Assembly (NCBI GenBank): GCA_964016885.1
Contig: OZ024740.1
Location: 63,550,001-63,614,000 of the forward strand
DNA length: 64,000 bases
From: Eledone cirrhosa
Lineage: Eukaryota
Direction: 5' to 3'
The translations under genes and the position numbers were made by a program. Under the pieces are notes generated by a model that worked only from the letters and a program-made list of their open reading frames with translations, searched no databases and was not told the DNA's origin. How positions within the stretch are numbered: the first letter of the stretch is position 1; each line of letters begins with the position of its first letter. Shown in pieces: positions 15,693 to 27,948 of the stretch.

Positions 15693-16133
15693 CTAAATTT
15701 GTATAATGCTTGAAATGTCTTTCCAGGCGTATGTAGTTCCAAATAATTCATTTTTCTTATTAATTAAATTACCATAATTGGTAATTATTAATAGAGTTTC
15801 TAAATTGCAAAGATTGCAGTGTGGTGAAATGGAAGCGTTCCGATAAGAATCAGAATTCTTAAGTTTACTCCAAGAAATTGAGTATTTAATATTTTTCTCT
15901 TTTAAAGACCATATTAATTGTGATAATGAAGTAGAACATTTTTTATCTGGATTTGAGAAAGAATGTTTGTGATTGGAAAACCAAAACTTAAAGTTCGATG
16001 AAGTGGCACCTATGTAGTTATAAGTATTATTATTATTTGTCTTAATGGTACATTTATATACTAAATTCCTATCAAGGCAATTATTTTGTAAAGGGCATTC
16101 AGATTTCCTTCTACAGTTACAGTTCAATTCCAT
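15693..16133 (-). pseudogene. PLE GIY-YIG endonuclease domain
   Basis: CNCRRKSECPLQNNCL, LVYKCTI..YNYIGAT..FK.WFSNHKHSF, CNLCNLE..LI..LINKKNE. Confidence 0.88.
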
Positions 16134-16528
16134 GTTATTTCTATAACCTAAACTATTCGTATTATCATTATTATTTTTCGGTGTTCCTCTCTTCTATCTC
16201 TCTCTCCTTCTCGCTTCCCTTTTTTCTTCTCTCTTCTTTCTTCTCTTCTATCTTTTTCTCTCTTTCTCTCTCTTTTTCTTCCCTAACATGTATATTTATG
16301 CATTTAAATATTTATGTATGTATGTGTTTATTTATTTCTGCTTGCATTTTCTCATACTCACCCCCTCCTTATACTTATATCTCGCTCCACATCCTCTTCT
16401 TCATTATATTTAAGTTTATCATGTTATTATTTATGGTATATAAATGTTGAGATTTACTGTAATAAATCACTGCCAATACTGGAATTGAACCATCAAGACA
16501 GTTGAGGTATGTCATACATCAATTAATG

Positions 16529-16593
16529 TATTTTATCTGACTAGGACGTACTGAAAAAACAGCACAGTACCTTCGAAATATATATAATAATAA
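16529..16593 (+). ncRNA. Hammerhead copy in the inverted arm (core mutated to CTGACTA)
   Basis: Inverted copy of 14412-14476; stem II GTACTG/CAGTAC. Confidence 0.6.
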
Positions 16594-16758
16594 ATATATT
16601 TTGATTATGTGAATATCTTCATTTATTAATATTTTGAATAATATTAATAACTCCAAAAAAACTTCCTTGCAGAGTGCTTTTAATCTATTGTAAAACTATA
16701 TTCATTGAGTAATCAATGAACCATATTAATCTTTGGTTATACCGAATTCACAGACTAT

Positions 16759-17072
16759 ATCCCTTCTTCCTCCCGTTAGACCTGTACGGAATTCCTTCCT
16801 TGCTCACATTCCAACCAGGTTTGATGGTCTTTATTCTCTCTCGTTCAAGATTTCACCGAATTTAAATTCATAGAAATTTGGGACTTGACTCCTTCTTCCT
16901 CACTTTTCGTTGCTTCACCATTTTTGTTTGTTTACACTCGTGTCCCCTTTATTTACGTGTCTCAACGACTTTTTTTAGCCGTTGCTCGCACCAACCGGAG
17001 GTATATGGTCTTTAAAGCGATTAAATACCAATGATGGTTGGAAGATCACTGATGAAGGACCTACTTTATTCA
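16759..17072 (+). mobile_element. Fragment of the ~524 bp ORF-less unit also at 43008-43752
   Basis: Aligns with the reverse complement of 43008-43330. Ends CTGATGAAGGACCTACTTTATTCA(TA)n. Confidence 0.7.
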
Positions 17073-17351
17073 TATATATATATATACATATAGACATATC
17101 CAGGAATGAGACCTTAACGGTTCAAAGTTTTACCTTTGAATATTATATATATATGCAATATCTATGTGGGACCTCTATATAAACACCTTATTCACATATC
17201 ATTCGTATTGTCATTAATTATGTCTGAGAATTACCGGTTCTTCATTTATATATATATATATATATTGTTATACAAGTAGCACACCAAAAAAAAACACACA
17301 CACACACACATTGTCAAAACTTTAGTCATCTTCTTCTTCTTCTTCTTCTTG

Positions 17352-17533
17352 GGGGTGGGGGGACGTGAGAGGGTGTGTGGGTATGTGGGTGGGTGTGGGT
17401 GTGTGGGTGGGTGTGGGTGTGTGGGTGGGTGTGGGTATGTGGGTGGGTGTGGGTGTGTGGGTGGATGTGGGTGTGTGGGTGGGTGTGGGTATGTGGGTGG
17501 GTGTGTGTGTGTGGGGGGGGGGGGGGGGGGGGC
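17352..17533. repeat. G/T-rich 18 bp minisatellite plus poly-G
   Basis: About 8 copies of GTGTGGGTRTGTGGGTGG. Confidence 0.9.
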
Positions 17534-17534
17534 A

Positions 17535-17690
17535 GAGTCTTCAAACACTTGTTCCAGCGGCTCCTGTCAGAAGCAACCGTCTCCAACTGATCCGACTGGA
17601 CCTCCAAGCGAAGCCAGCCAAACTCATGGATGTTATCCAATCACCTTTCTCGTGTACTACCCCTAGGTCGCCTACCGGTTGATTTTTGCC
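17535..17690 (-). mobile_element. RTE-type LINE 3' ORF remnant
   Basis: GRPRGS..LDNI...LETVASDRSRW resembles an RTE C-terminus. Confidence 0.5.
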
Positions 17691-17764
17691 TGTAAAATCT
17701 ACCTAATTTTAGTTATATATATATATGTTATATATATATATATGTTTTCTATTTGATTTTGGTT

Positions 17765-18390
17765 GGAGTTAGTTTAGGTTTGTTGCCTTTGTGATTTGTC
17801 TAAACATTGCGTCTTTTAAGATGCAATGTTTAGACGCAATGTTTAGACAAATGACAAAGTTGAATAGAAAATCACAAAGTTGAATAGAAAACATGAATGG
17901 AACAGCAACATCACAACCCACAATTAAGGACAAAATGAAAACACACACGCACATAGAACAAACAACCAACCAGTAACATGTAAATAAACAAATAAATAAA
18001 CAAATATAAACACACACAGACACCCGGATGTAACACATGCGCAAACTAAGCACACAACACATGCGCAAACTAAGCACACAACACACACAAAAACAAGATG
18101 GCGTAGGACAGAACAAAGGAGAGGAACAAAAACAAAGAAAAGAATCCCAGTCACTGAAAAGGTCACAGAATGTGTGACGAAAGAACCTTGACAATATATA
18201 AATAATCATCTGGTTGTGGAACCAACCAACCAACCGGAAATTAATAAATTCCCAAATTTATAAATTTATTATAATAAATTGAAGTGAAAGTAACTGGTGC
18301 GTGTGCTTCTTATTGGCAACATGACTCTCCCAAGGTATAAGAATATCGGTTTCAACACACGTTTTCAGATAAAGAATCTTGCTAAACAAA
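17765..18390 (+). mobile_element. Diverged PLE 3' end (family of 19402-20268 and 23995-24900) with a short inverted 5' piece
   Basis: Shares TTGAATAGAAAA..GAATGGAA and ATGACTCTCCC.AAG.TATAA. Degenerate hammerhead at 18150-18192 (GTCA-CTGAAAA-G-GTCACA..TGTGAC-GAAA..TGAC). 17783-17814 is inverted relative to 17833-17860. Confidence 0.65.
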
Positions 18391-18504
18391 TTGAGAAACG
18401 AAATATATATATATACATATACATATATATATATACATACATATATATATATAAACATATATATATATACATATATATACATACATATATATACATATAT
18501 ATAC

Positions 18505-18580
<76 letters not shown>

Positions 18581-18582
<2 letters not shown>

Positions 18583-18903
18583 TCATCATCATCATTTCAT
18601 TTTACGTCCGCTTTTCCCTGCTTGCAAGGGTGGGACGGGAACTGATTCTGGCTTGATTTCTACAGCTGGATGCCCTTCCTAACACCAACCTCATTTACAG
18701 TGAGTTCTGGGTGCTTTTTTGCTGTGGCACCTCCACAACCACTTTACAGTGGAATGATAGGGACCTCAGTCCCAATCATCTCATTTCTACAGCTGAGTAA
18801 ACTGGAGCAATGTGAAATAAAGTGTCTTGCTCAAGGAAACAACACATCATCCGGTCTGAGAATTGAACTCACAACCTTTCGATTCTCAGACCGGATGATG
18901 TGT
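18581..18903 (-). mobile_element. SINE remnants: tRNA head plus an RTE-type tail ending in (ATG)n
   Basis: Minus strand: GAGTTCAATTC, CCTTGAGCAAGACACTTT, GGTTGGTGTTAGGAAGGGCATCCAGCTGTAG, AAAAGCGGACG..(ATG)n. Confidence 0.6.
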
Positions 18904-18925
18904 ACATATATATATATATACATAC

Positions 18926-18956
<31 letters not shown>

Positions 18957-18957
18957 G

Positions 18958-19008
<51 letters not shown>

Positions 19009-19069
19009 CATACATATATATATATAAACATATATATATACATATATATATACATACATATATATATAC

Positions 19070-19127
<58 letters not shown>

Positions 19128-19183
19128 ATATATATATATACATATATATACATATATATATATACATACATATATATATAAAC

Positions 19184-19214
<31 letters not shown>

Positions 19215-19215
19215 C

Positions 19216-19266
<51 letters not shown>

Positions 19267-19403
19267 TATATACATACATATATATATACATATATATAAA
19301 TACATACATATATATATACATATATATAAATACATACATATATATATACACATATATAAACATATATATATATATTTATACATATATACATACATATATA
19401 TAT
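18904..19403. repeat. Compound (TA/TACA)n microsatellite; similar arrays at 18400-18580 and 20270-21253
   Basis: Read directly from the sequence. Confidence 0.95.
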
Positions 19404-20268
19404 AAACTGTAAAACTAGAAACGTAGTCTATAGCATAAGATGTACAGAGGGTACCTGCAGAAACATGACAACAACATACATAGGTGAGACAGCTCGTAGC
19501 ATAGGTGAAAGGATAGACCAACACTGGGGGAACTAAAAGAACGAAAAAACGGGTCAGTACTATACGAACATGCCAGACAACAACATGACGGTAACATAGA
19601 CAACATAGAAATTAGAATAATATCTAAACCTAGAAATGACCCAGCAGATAGGCAAATCAGAGAGGCCAGTGAAATAGAAATTAGAAGACCAAGACTAAAC
19701 AGAAAGAATGAATGGAATAACGACAACACCCAAACAAACAACACTGACCTAAGAGAAGTATAAATAAGTAAATAAAATAAAATAAAATAAATAAATAAAT
19801 AAATAAATACATACACAAGCACAATAACAACAAACACATAAACACACATTAGTCACCCAATCACGAACACACATCACACATCAAACAAAACACTATACAC
19901 ACACGCAAACGCATGCGCAAAGAAGACAAAATAAAATAAACAAACAAGCAAATAAATAAATAAATATATAGACAGACTGAATAAAAATGGCGTAGCCATA
20001 CAATCCAACAGGAGGAAACAATAGAAACACTGACGATGTTGCAGATGTGCAACGAAAGATTTATGATAAACTATATATATATGTTTGTGTCTATATTGTA
20101 TCTGTATTATTTTTGACCGTCGGTTAGTCAATGGCAACATTGAGGACCGAGTATATTATATTATATTAGATTACCGATATAAAAGACACAGAAGCGAAAA
20201 GCGAAAACCAGTTCTGTTATTAATTCTGAAAATATTACACAAATATGACCCTCCCCAAGTATAACAAC
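19402..20268 (+). mobile_element. 5'-truncated PLE: GIY-YIG remnant plus hammerhead tail, in (TA)n
   Basis: [52 protein letters not shown]. Hammerhead at 20022-20073: CTGACGA-T-GTTGCA(gatg)TGCAAC-GAAA. Confidence 0.85.
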
Positions 20269-20660
20269 ATATATATATATACATATATATAAATACATAT
20301 ATATAAATACATATATATATATATACATATATATAAATACATATATATATATACATATATATAAATACATATATATATACATATATATAAATACATATAT
20401 ATATATACATATATATAAATACATATATATACACACATATATATATACATATATATTTACATATATATAAATACATATATATACATATATATAAATACAT
20501 ATATATATATACATATATATAAATACATATATATACACACATATATATATACATATATATTTACATATATATAAATACATATATATACATATATATAAAT
20601 ACATATATATATACATATATATATATACACACATATATATATATATACATATATATATAT

Positions 20661-20697
<37 letters not shown>

Positions 20698-20766
20698 TAT
20701 ACATACACATATATATACATATACATATAAATATATATATTCATATATATATACATACATTTAGAT

Positions 20767-20837
<71 letters not shown>

Positions 20838-20866
20838 TACATATATATATATATACATATATATAG

Positions 20867-20931
<65 letters not shown>

Positions 20932-20990
20932 TATAGATACATATATATATATACATATAGATAGATACACATATATATATATAAAGATAC

Positions 20991-21041
<51 letters not shown>

Positions 21042-21074
21042 GATACATATATATATATATATACATATATATAG

Positions 21075-21129
<55 letters not shown>

Positions 21130-21204
21130 TATAGATACATATATATATATACATATAGATAGATACACATATATATATATATAAAGATACATATATATAT
21201 ATAT

Positions 21205-21254
<50 letters not shown>

Positions 21255-21358
21255 GCGATATCTATGTGGGACCTCTATATAAACGCCTTATTCACATATC
21301 ATCCGCATTGTCATTAATTATGTCTGAGAATTACCGGTTCTTCATTTATATATATATA

Positions 21359-21970
21359 CTAGCAGATTTACCCGGCGTTGCTCGGGGTTTGAAATTATGC
21401 TAAGAATATACAGCTAGGAAGTAAAAGAAGAACATTATTTGTCCCCAACCTGTCAAAATAAGCAGAAGTCTTCAATAAATAATTGTTTCTACTTTTGGCA
21501 CAAGGCCAGCAATTACCCAGTGTATTACTGGTACTTTATTTTATCGACCCCGTAAGGATGAAAGGCAAAGTTAACCTCGGCGGGATTTGAACTCAGAATG
21601 GCAAGGGCCGTAACTCTATGCGTCAAAGCATGGCGTCCGACCCTCTACCGATACTGCCAATCCACCGCCAAGTCTTCAATAAATAATGCAAACAAATATA
21701 TTTGGTGAAAAGGTTATCTCCCTTTTTTATAAGGATTGTCAATAAATTTTGTTATCTCCCTTACATCAATTTTTCTACCGATAATTTTGATATCGATTTT
21801 TTATTGCTCAACGTGGGTCGATTTGAAAAATGTTTGTGATGTGACAATCTTAGCGACCTGTGCAACGTGCACAGAAAGTTTGGTCAAATTAAGTTGGTAA
21901 TTGTCAAAGCCTTATGCATGCCAAGTTGTACACAGACACACACACATCCTCGCTTTTATATATATAAAGA
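21359..21970 (-). mobile_element. Non-autonomous Helitron with a nested SINE
   Basis: Minus strand 5' A|TC..TATATATAAAAG; 3' hairpin CCCGAGCAACGCCGGG then CTAG|T. An empty paralogous site lies at 17150-17290. A related fragment lies at 22481-22603. Confidence 0.88.
21481..21669 (-). mobile_element. Nin/Deu-domain SINE with ~18 bp TSD
   Basis: TTTGCCTTTCATCCTTACGGGGTCGATAAAATAAAGTACCAG core. AAGTCTTCAATAAATAAT at 21466 and 21670. Confidence 0.9.
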
Positions 21971-22972
21971 TATTGTTATATAAAGTAGCACACCAGAAAA
22001 ATAAATTGTTATAATTGAACTGTTTGTTATAATTACGTTTCGTTTGACTGAAACTAATATTCGCACATACGTATGTATGTATGAACCCATAACTTCTGAC
22101 GAGTCTTAGGGGTGCTGTAGTGTCATGCAGCGTTTCTTGGGCACGTGTTTTCTTAAACATGGCGGAATCCATGTTTGAACAGAGCTTATTTCTCCCAACG
22201 AGAGAGAAAGAAGTGGAGGAAGACATAACCCTAGTTCTGGAGTGATATTTTTTATCGATCTCAAAAGAATGAAAGGCAAAGTTCATCTCGGCGGGATTTG
22301 AACTGAGGCCGTAGAGAGCGGGAACGGATCCTGCAAAGCATTCTATCCAGCGTTCTAGCGATACTACCAATTCGCCGCCGCCATTCACTCATATACAAGT
22401 ATGTTAATATCCTGGCAGTTTAAATTCGATTATAGTTAAAAGAATAACGTTTTTATGCACAAATTATTGAAAAACACAGCATTTTGATATCGATTTTTTA
22501 TTGCTCAACGTGGGTCGATTTGAAAAATGTTTATGATGATACATTCTTAGCGACCTGTGGAAATGCACAGAAAATTTGGTCAAATTCAGTTGGTAATTCT
22601 GTCAGGTTCAAATTACATCGTGTTTACAAATTATTGTTTATGTACATTCACTTTTTCTCAGATGGCTTGTATTTTTCTGTATAATCTTTCAATTGCTGAT
22701 TTAAGGTGAATACAGTCTCGGTGTATGATATTGACAGAAAACCAATACTCTTTGAAATGAAAAAAAAAAAAAAAGAAACTATAAACTATAAATGTTAAAG
22801 GGATAAATATTAGTATACCTGTGATGTTGAAATTTATCTTGAAATTGTGACGATTGTCTCAGTTGATTGATGTTTTTGAACCTGCGAGATTCTTCGCGCA
22901 TTGGCGTTACCTTTTGTCCACTTCGTTTGTCTACCAGCATATCAGGAAAAAATTATACATTTTCTATATATT

Positions 22973-23039
22973 TTGTCTGAGGAGAACATGTTCTACTTTA
23001 TGTTATACATAAAACTTTGCATCTTCGAAATATATACAA
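22973..23039 (+). ncRNA. Type I hammerhead (slightly degenerate)
   Basis: TTGT-CTGAGGA-GAACATG...CATCTTC-GAAA-TATAT-ACAA. Confidence 0.6.
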
Positions 23040-23057
23040 TGAAATAAAACATTTTAT

Positions 23058-23104
23058 TGCTGACAATCGTTTCTTCCAAACTTTCGTTTGGAATCATCGG
23101 AGCA
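23058..23104 (-). ncRNA. Type I hammerhead, CCGAUGA core variant
   Basis: TGCT-CCGATGA-TTCCAAAC(gaaa)GTTTGGAA-GAAA-CGATTG-TC-AGCA. Perfect 8 bp stem II with a GNRA loop; GUC site. Confidence 0.75.
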
Positions 23105-23994
23105 CTAGCAAAGTTCAGACATATAATTAACCTCCTATTCCACAGAACAATCGTAAAGATACATAGATGTTAGTGTTGTCATTAACAGTGTCATATTTAA
23201 AGAGGGAAGATGATGTGGTCAGTATCAGTGGATGCGACAAAGATTATAAAAGAATAATACAACAATTATAGAGGAATTAAAGAAGAAAGTTACTCGCAAA
23301 ACGAGGACATTAGCAGTACATATGCAAGCGTATAGAAAGAGTGCAGATGTGTTAGGCATGTACAGAATAACCAGGTAAGAAACAGGCAATGGTACTAAGC
23401 ATATATATCACAGTATGGCAAAGGTATCACATAATACAATACAGGTATAAAAGCATATTAAGCAGACAGAGATGCTTGTGTATGAAAAGCAGTTTCTATG
23501 AAGTTTATGGTGGATGTAGTGTGATAATTGTTCCGGTAATGTTCAGATGTGCATGTGTTGTGAGTATTAATATTAAGGTCTTCCTTTCCATTACATTGGT
23601 TAAATTTTAGTAAATGTTTATCAGTAGTTACAACTATGGATTGTATATTGGTCCTATTACAATCTTATCAAGGGTTCGAGTTGTTCTAGAATGATCTGTC
23701 TAACGGTTTGATTTCAGGAAGTGAATTAGAGATCTATTATTAAGGGGAGCTAATGTGAAAGGAGAGGTAATTGGCGATTAATTTGTATATAAGAGAAAAA
23801 AATGTATAGTTGTTTACAGCTCCAATTAGTTAAATGTGTTAATATATAATATATTATGTTATAGATGAATCCTTTTATATAATGCTATTTATTTTTAAAT
23901 TTATATATTTAATTTTAAATACAATCTTTTTTCTTATAATACATTAAAGGTTTCATTTTATTAAATGAATAAAATATTAGTAAGCTATTACAAA

Positions 23995-24900
23995 TAAGAA
24001 ATGTGTTATATGTAAAATGAACCCCCCATATAAATTGTAAAACTAGAAATGCAGTCTATAGCTTAAGATGTACAGAGGGTACTTTCAGAAACATGTCAAC
24101 GGCATACATAGGCGAGACAGCTCGAAGCATAGGAGAAAGAATAGACCAACCCCGGATGGAACTAAAGGGAACAAAAAACGGTTCAGTACTATATGAACAC
24201 ACCAGACAAAGACATGACGGTAATATAGACAATATAGAAATTAAAATAATATCTAAGCATAGAAATGATTCTACAGGTAGGAAAATCAGAGAAGCAACTG
24301 AGATAGAACTAAGATGAGCGAAGTTGAACAGAAAGAACGAGTAGAATAACAACAACAACCATACCCAAACAAACAATACTGACTTAAGGGAAATATAAAT
24401 AAATAAATAAATATATATATATACACAAGTACAACAACAACAAACATATAAACACACACTAGTGAACAAAGATAGAATACAAAAACAAAATCACATACAC
24501 TCAAACGCGAACACACACACCAAACATTATACACACACGCAAACGCATGCGCAGAGACAGAGACAGAGACAAGAAGAAATAAATAAATTAATAAAAGTAA
24601 AAATTGCGTAGACATTACAATACAATACAATGGGAGAAAACATAATAGTACCACTGATGATGTTGCAGATGTGCGACGAAATAACTTTGATAGACTATAT
24701 ATATATTTATACCTGTATTTTTAACCGCTGGTCAATCAATAATAAACATTGACAGCCAAATAAATTAACTATGGAGATATAAAGGATACAGAAGTGAAAA
24801 CCAATCAAACAGTGTGTTCTGTTATTATTTCTGGCAATATTATAACAATATGACTCTCCCCAAGTATAACAATATTTGTTTCGACACACGATTTCATATC
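23995..24900 (+). mobile_element. 5'-truncated PLE: GIY-YIG remnant plus hammerhead tail
   Basis: [37 protein letters not shown]. Hammerhead at 24646-24697: CTGATGA-T-GTTGCA(gatg)TGCGAC-GAAA. Paralogue of 19402-20268. Confidence 0.85.
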
Positions 24901-25094
24901 AAAAATAATTTGAAGATAATTATAAAGAATTAATATCTAGTAACATATATATACATACAGATGCATATCAATGCTAGCAAATATATAGGTTTTGTCTTAG
25001 TAACTTTGTGGTTCAATGCATGGGGTTGCAGAACAATAATATGAGAGACGTAAAATAAGAAAATTATAAAATTAACTTACTTACTAAAATATCA

Positions 25095-25174
25095 CTTCCA
25101 ACTAATTAATTTCTGAAATGGAATAAATATATTTTCCGAAGAAAACATAGAGAATCATTTCGTCGTCAGGGAAG
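25095..25174 (-). ncRNA. Type I hammerhead (array copy 1)
   Basis: Reverse complement of 25716-25795 with one change in stem III. Confidence 0.8.
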
Positions 25175-25715
25175 ACTATTCTCATCTAAGTATCCAGGCA
25201 AAGCGTGGACTCTGGAAACTTATTCAAAAATAATTCAGTGGATAGAAAATAGCAAAGCGTGGACTGAATTCCTAGCCATTGAGAAAATCACTGCCTCTGC
25301 GTCGGTGGCAAATTCAAAAAGAATCAATCACGTGACATCGAGGTCAATCAGTGGAAAGTGGTTTGCTAATAAGACAGCGGCCTGCTTGCTACCATAGCAG
25401 CAGTCTTGGCCAATATTGCTCGACAAATAATTTGGAGATAATTATAAAGAATTAATATCTAGTAACATATATATACATACAGATGCATATCAATGCTAGC
25501 AAATATATAGGTTTTGTCTTAGTAACTTTGTGGTTCAATGCATGGGGTTGCAGAACAATAATATGAGAGACGTAAAATTTGCCACTGACGCAGAGGCAGT
25601 GATTTTCTCAATGGCTAGGAATTCAGTCCACGCTTTGCTATTTTCTATCCACTGAATTATTTTTGAATAAGTTTCCAGAGTCCACGCTTTGCCTGGATAC
25701 TTAGATGAGAATAGT

Positions 25716-25795
25716 CTTCCCTGACGACGAAATGATTCTCTATGTTTTCTTCGGAAAATATATTTATTCCATTTCAGAAACTAATTAGTTGGAAG
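25716..25795 (+). ncRNA. Type I hammerhead (array copy 2)
   Basis: CTTCC-CTGACGA-CGAAATG..TATGTTTTC(TTCG)GAAAATATA..CATTTCA-GAAA-CTAATTAG-TT-GGAAG. Confidence 0.82.
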
Positions 25796-26238
25796 TGATA
25801 TTTTAGTAAGTAAGTTAATTTTATAATTTTCTTATTTTACGTCTCTCATATTATTTTTCTGCAACCCCATTCATTGAACCACAAAGTTACTAAGACAAAA
25901 CCTATATATTTGCTAGCATTGATATGCATCTGTATGTATATATATGTTACTAGATATTAATTCTTTATAATTATCTCCAAATTATTTGTCGAGCAATATT
26001 GGCCAAGACTGCTGCTATGGTAGCAGGCAGGCCGCTGTCTTATTAGCAAACCACTTTCCACTGATTGACCTCGATGTCACGTGATTGATTCTTTTTGAAT
26101 TTGCCACCGACGCAGAGGCAGTGATTTTTCTCAATGGCTAGGAATTCAGTCCACGCTTTGCTATTTTCTATCCACTGAATTATTTTTGAATAAGTTTCCA
26201 GAGTCCACGCTTTGCCTGGATACTTAGATGAGAATAGT

Positions 26239-26318
26239 CTTCCCTGACGACGAAATGATTCTCTATGTTTTCTTCGGAAAATATATTTATTCCATTTCAG
26301 AAATTAATTAGTTGGAAG
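26239..26318 (+). ncRNA. Type I hammerhead (array copy 3)
   Basis: Tandem copy 523 bp downstream of copy 2. Confidence 0.8.
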
Positions 26319-26364
26319 TGATATTTTAGTAAGTAAGTTAATTTTATAATTTTCTTATTTTACG

Positions 26365-26501
<137 letters not shown>

Positions 26502-26622
26502 CACTCTATATAATTTTTGCTCTACATTGCTGAATACAATAAATGTAATCTGAGTTTTTTTTTAAATGAGGCTTGTTTGCATAATTGCAAACGAATCGAG
26601 TGTTATTATTAATATTCGAAAA

Positions 26623-26812
26623 GGGCGGTGGATTGGCAGTATCGGTAGAGAGTCGAATGCCATGCTTTCCAGCATAGTTACGTCCCTTTACGGTCTGAGT
26701 TCAAATCCCGCCGAGGTTCACTTTGCCTTTCATCCTTACGTTGTCGATAAAATAAAGTACCAGTAATGTACTGGGTAATTGCTGGCCTTGTGCCAAAAGT
26801 TAGAAACAATTA
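26623..26812 (+). mobile_element. Nin/Deu-domain SINE with TSD
   Basis: Full ~190 bp copy. TTATTAATAYTCGAAAA on both sides. Confidence 0.9.
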
Positions 26813-26834
26813 TTAATACTCGAAAAACTCAGAT

Positions 26835-26884
<50 letters not shown>

Positions 26885-27659
26885 GTATTTTCTTTGAGTA
26901 TATTTCCGCAATTTGTGTTTGCCATAATCCCTTTATTGTAGAAATATTATGTAATATGTACCTGATGATGCCACCGTCATTCTACGTAACCTGGCCATTG
27001 AAATATATATACTGTTTTTGCAACAATAAAACTTTAAGGGAACTTCACCAGTCCGGCCTCCTGTCGTTTTATTCAAAATAATAATTAACTCTGTTCCCGT
27101 GCCACCAACAAGATTCAGCAAAAAAATGAGAAAAAAAATGGATGAGCTGCGTAACGTCGATCGCTTTTCCTATTATTATATCACGGTTAACTATACGGAA
27201 TGACGAGTCCTATCCAGTGGTGAACCAACAAACTTCAGTGTGTATATATACATATGTGTGTGGGTGTATGTATATATATATATATATATAGGTGTGTGTG
27301 TGTGTTAAAGATATGACTATGTTCGAGTTTGATAATTTTCATTAAGGATTTTTCATATTTTCATATTTGTTTTTTATGTGTAGTTCGGAACAATAGCTTT
27401 CATAAATCTAATTAGTTCATTGGTGCTTCAAAACCTTCCCGGCCACCTCTTCAGAATCAAATGATGGTAATAATGGTGTATTGTTTGCACAAAGGGTAAT
27501 AGAAATACTGTTATAACTAATATTATCATCAATGCCAGTATTTGTTCCAGCCTAATTGCTCAGACGTTTTTTTTTTTGTCATCCTCGCATCAAAAATGGA
27601 GTGAACAAGTGGAAACCTATAACCAGCAACTATTCTGTTGGACACCTGTAATCAGCGAT

Positions 27660-27948
27660 ATGTGGAGGCGCGAGGTTAGAATATTCTGCTCATAATCCTA
27701 AGTCCCCCAGTTCGATTTCCGACGGCGTGTTGTTTCCTTGAACAAGTACTTTATTTCATGTTTCAATCCATTTAACTGGAAAAAATAAGTTGCAAGTGTA
27801 ATTCGAAGGTCCAGTCTTGTCGGACAGTGTATCATGTATAATCTCCCAGAGAACTACACTAAGGATACACGTGTCTGTGGAATTCTCAGTCAGTAGCACG
27901 TTAATTTCCTGAGCAGACTGTTTCGTTGTTCGAATAACCTGGGAACTG
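27660..27948 (+). mobile_element. Old tRNA-derived SINE; related tail at ~38290-38455
   Basis: AGTTCGATTTCC B box and TTCCTTGAACAAGTACTTT. 3' part resembles 38290-38455. Confidence 0.5.

Larger units (their letters stand above)
14363..16758 (-). mobile_element. 5'-truncated Penelope-like element with an inverted pseudo-LTR
   Basis: GIY-YIG ORF at 15693-16133 (-). ~14363-14815 is an inverted copy of ~16185-16645, and each arm holds a hammerhead. Confidence 0.88.
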
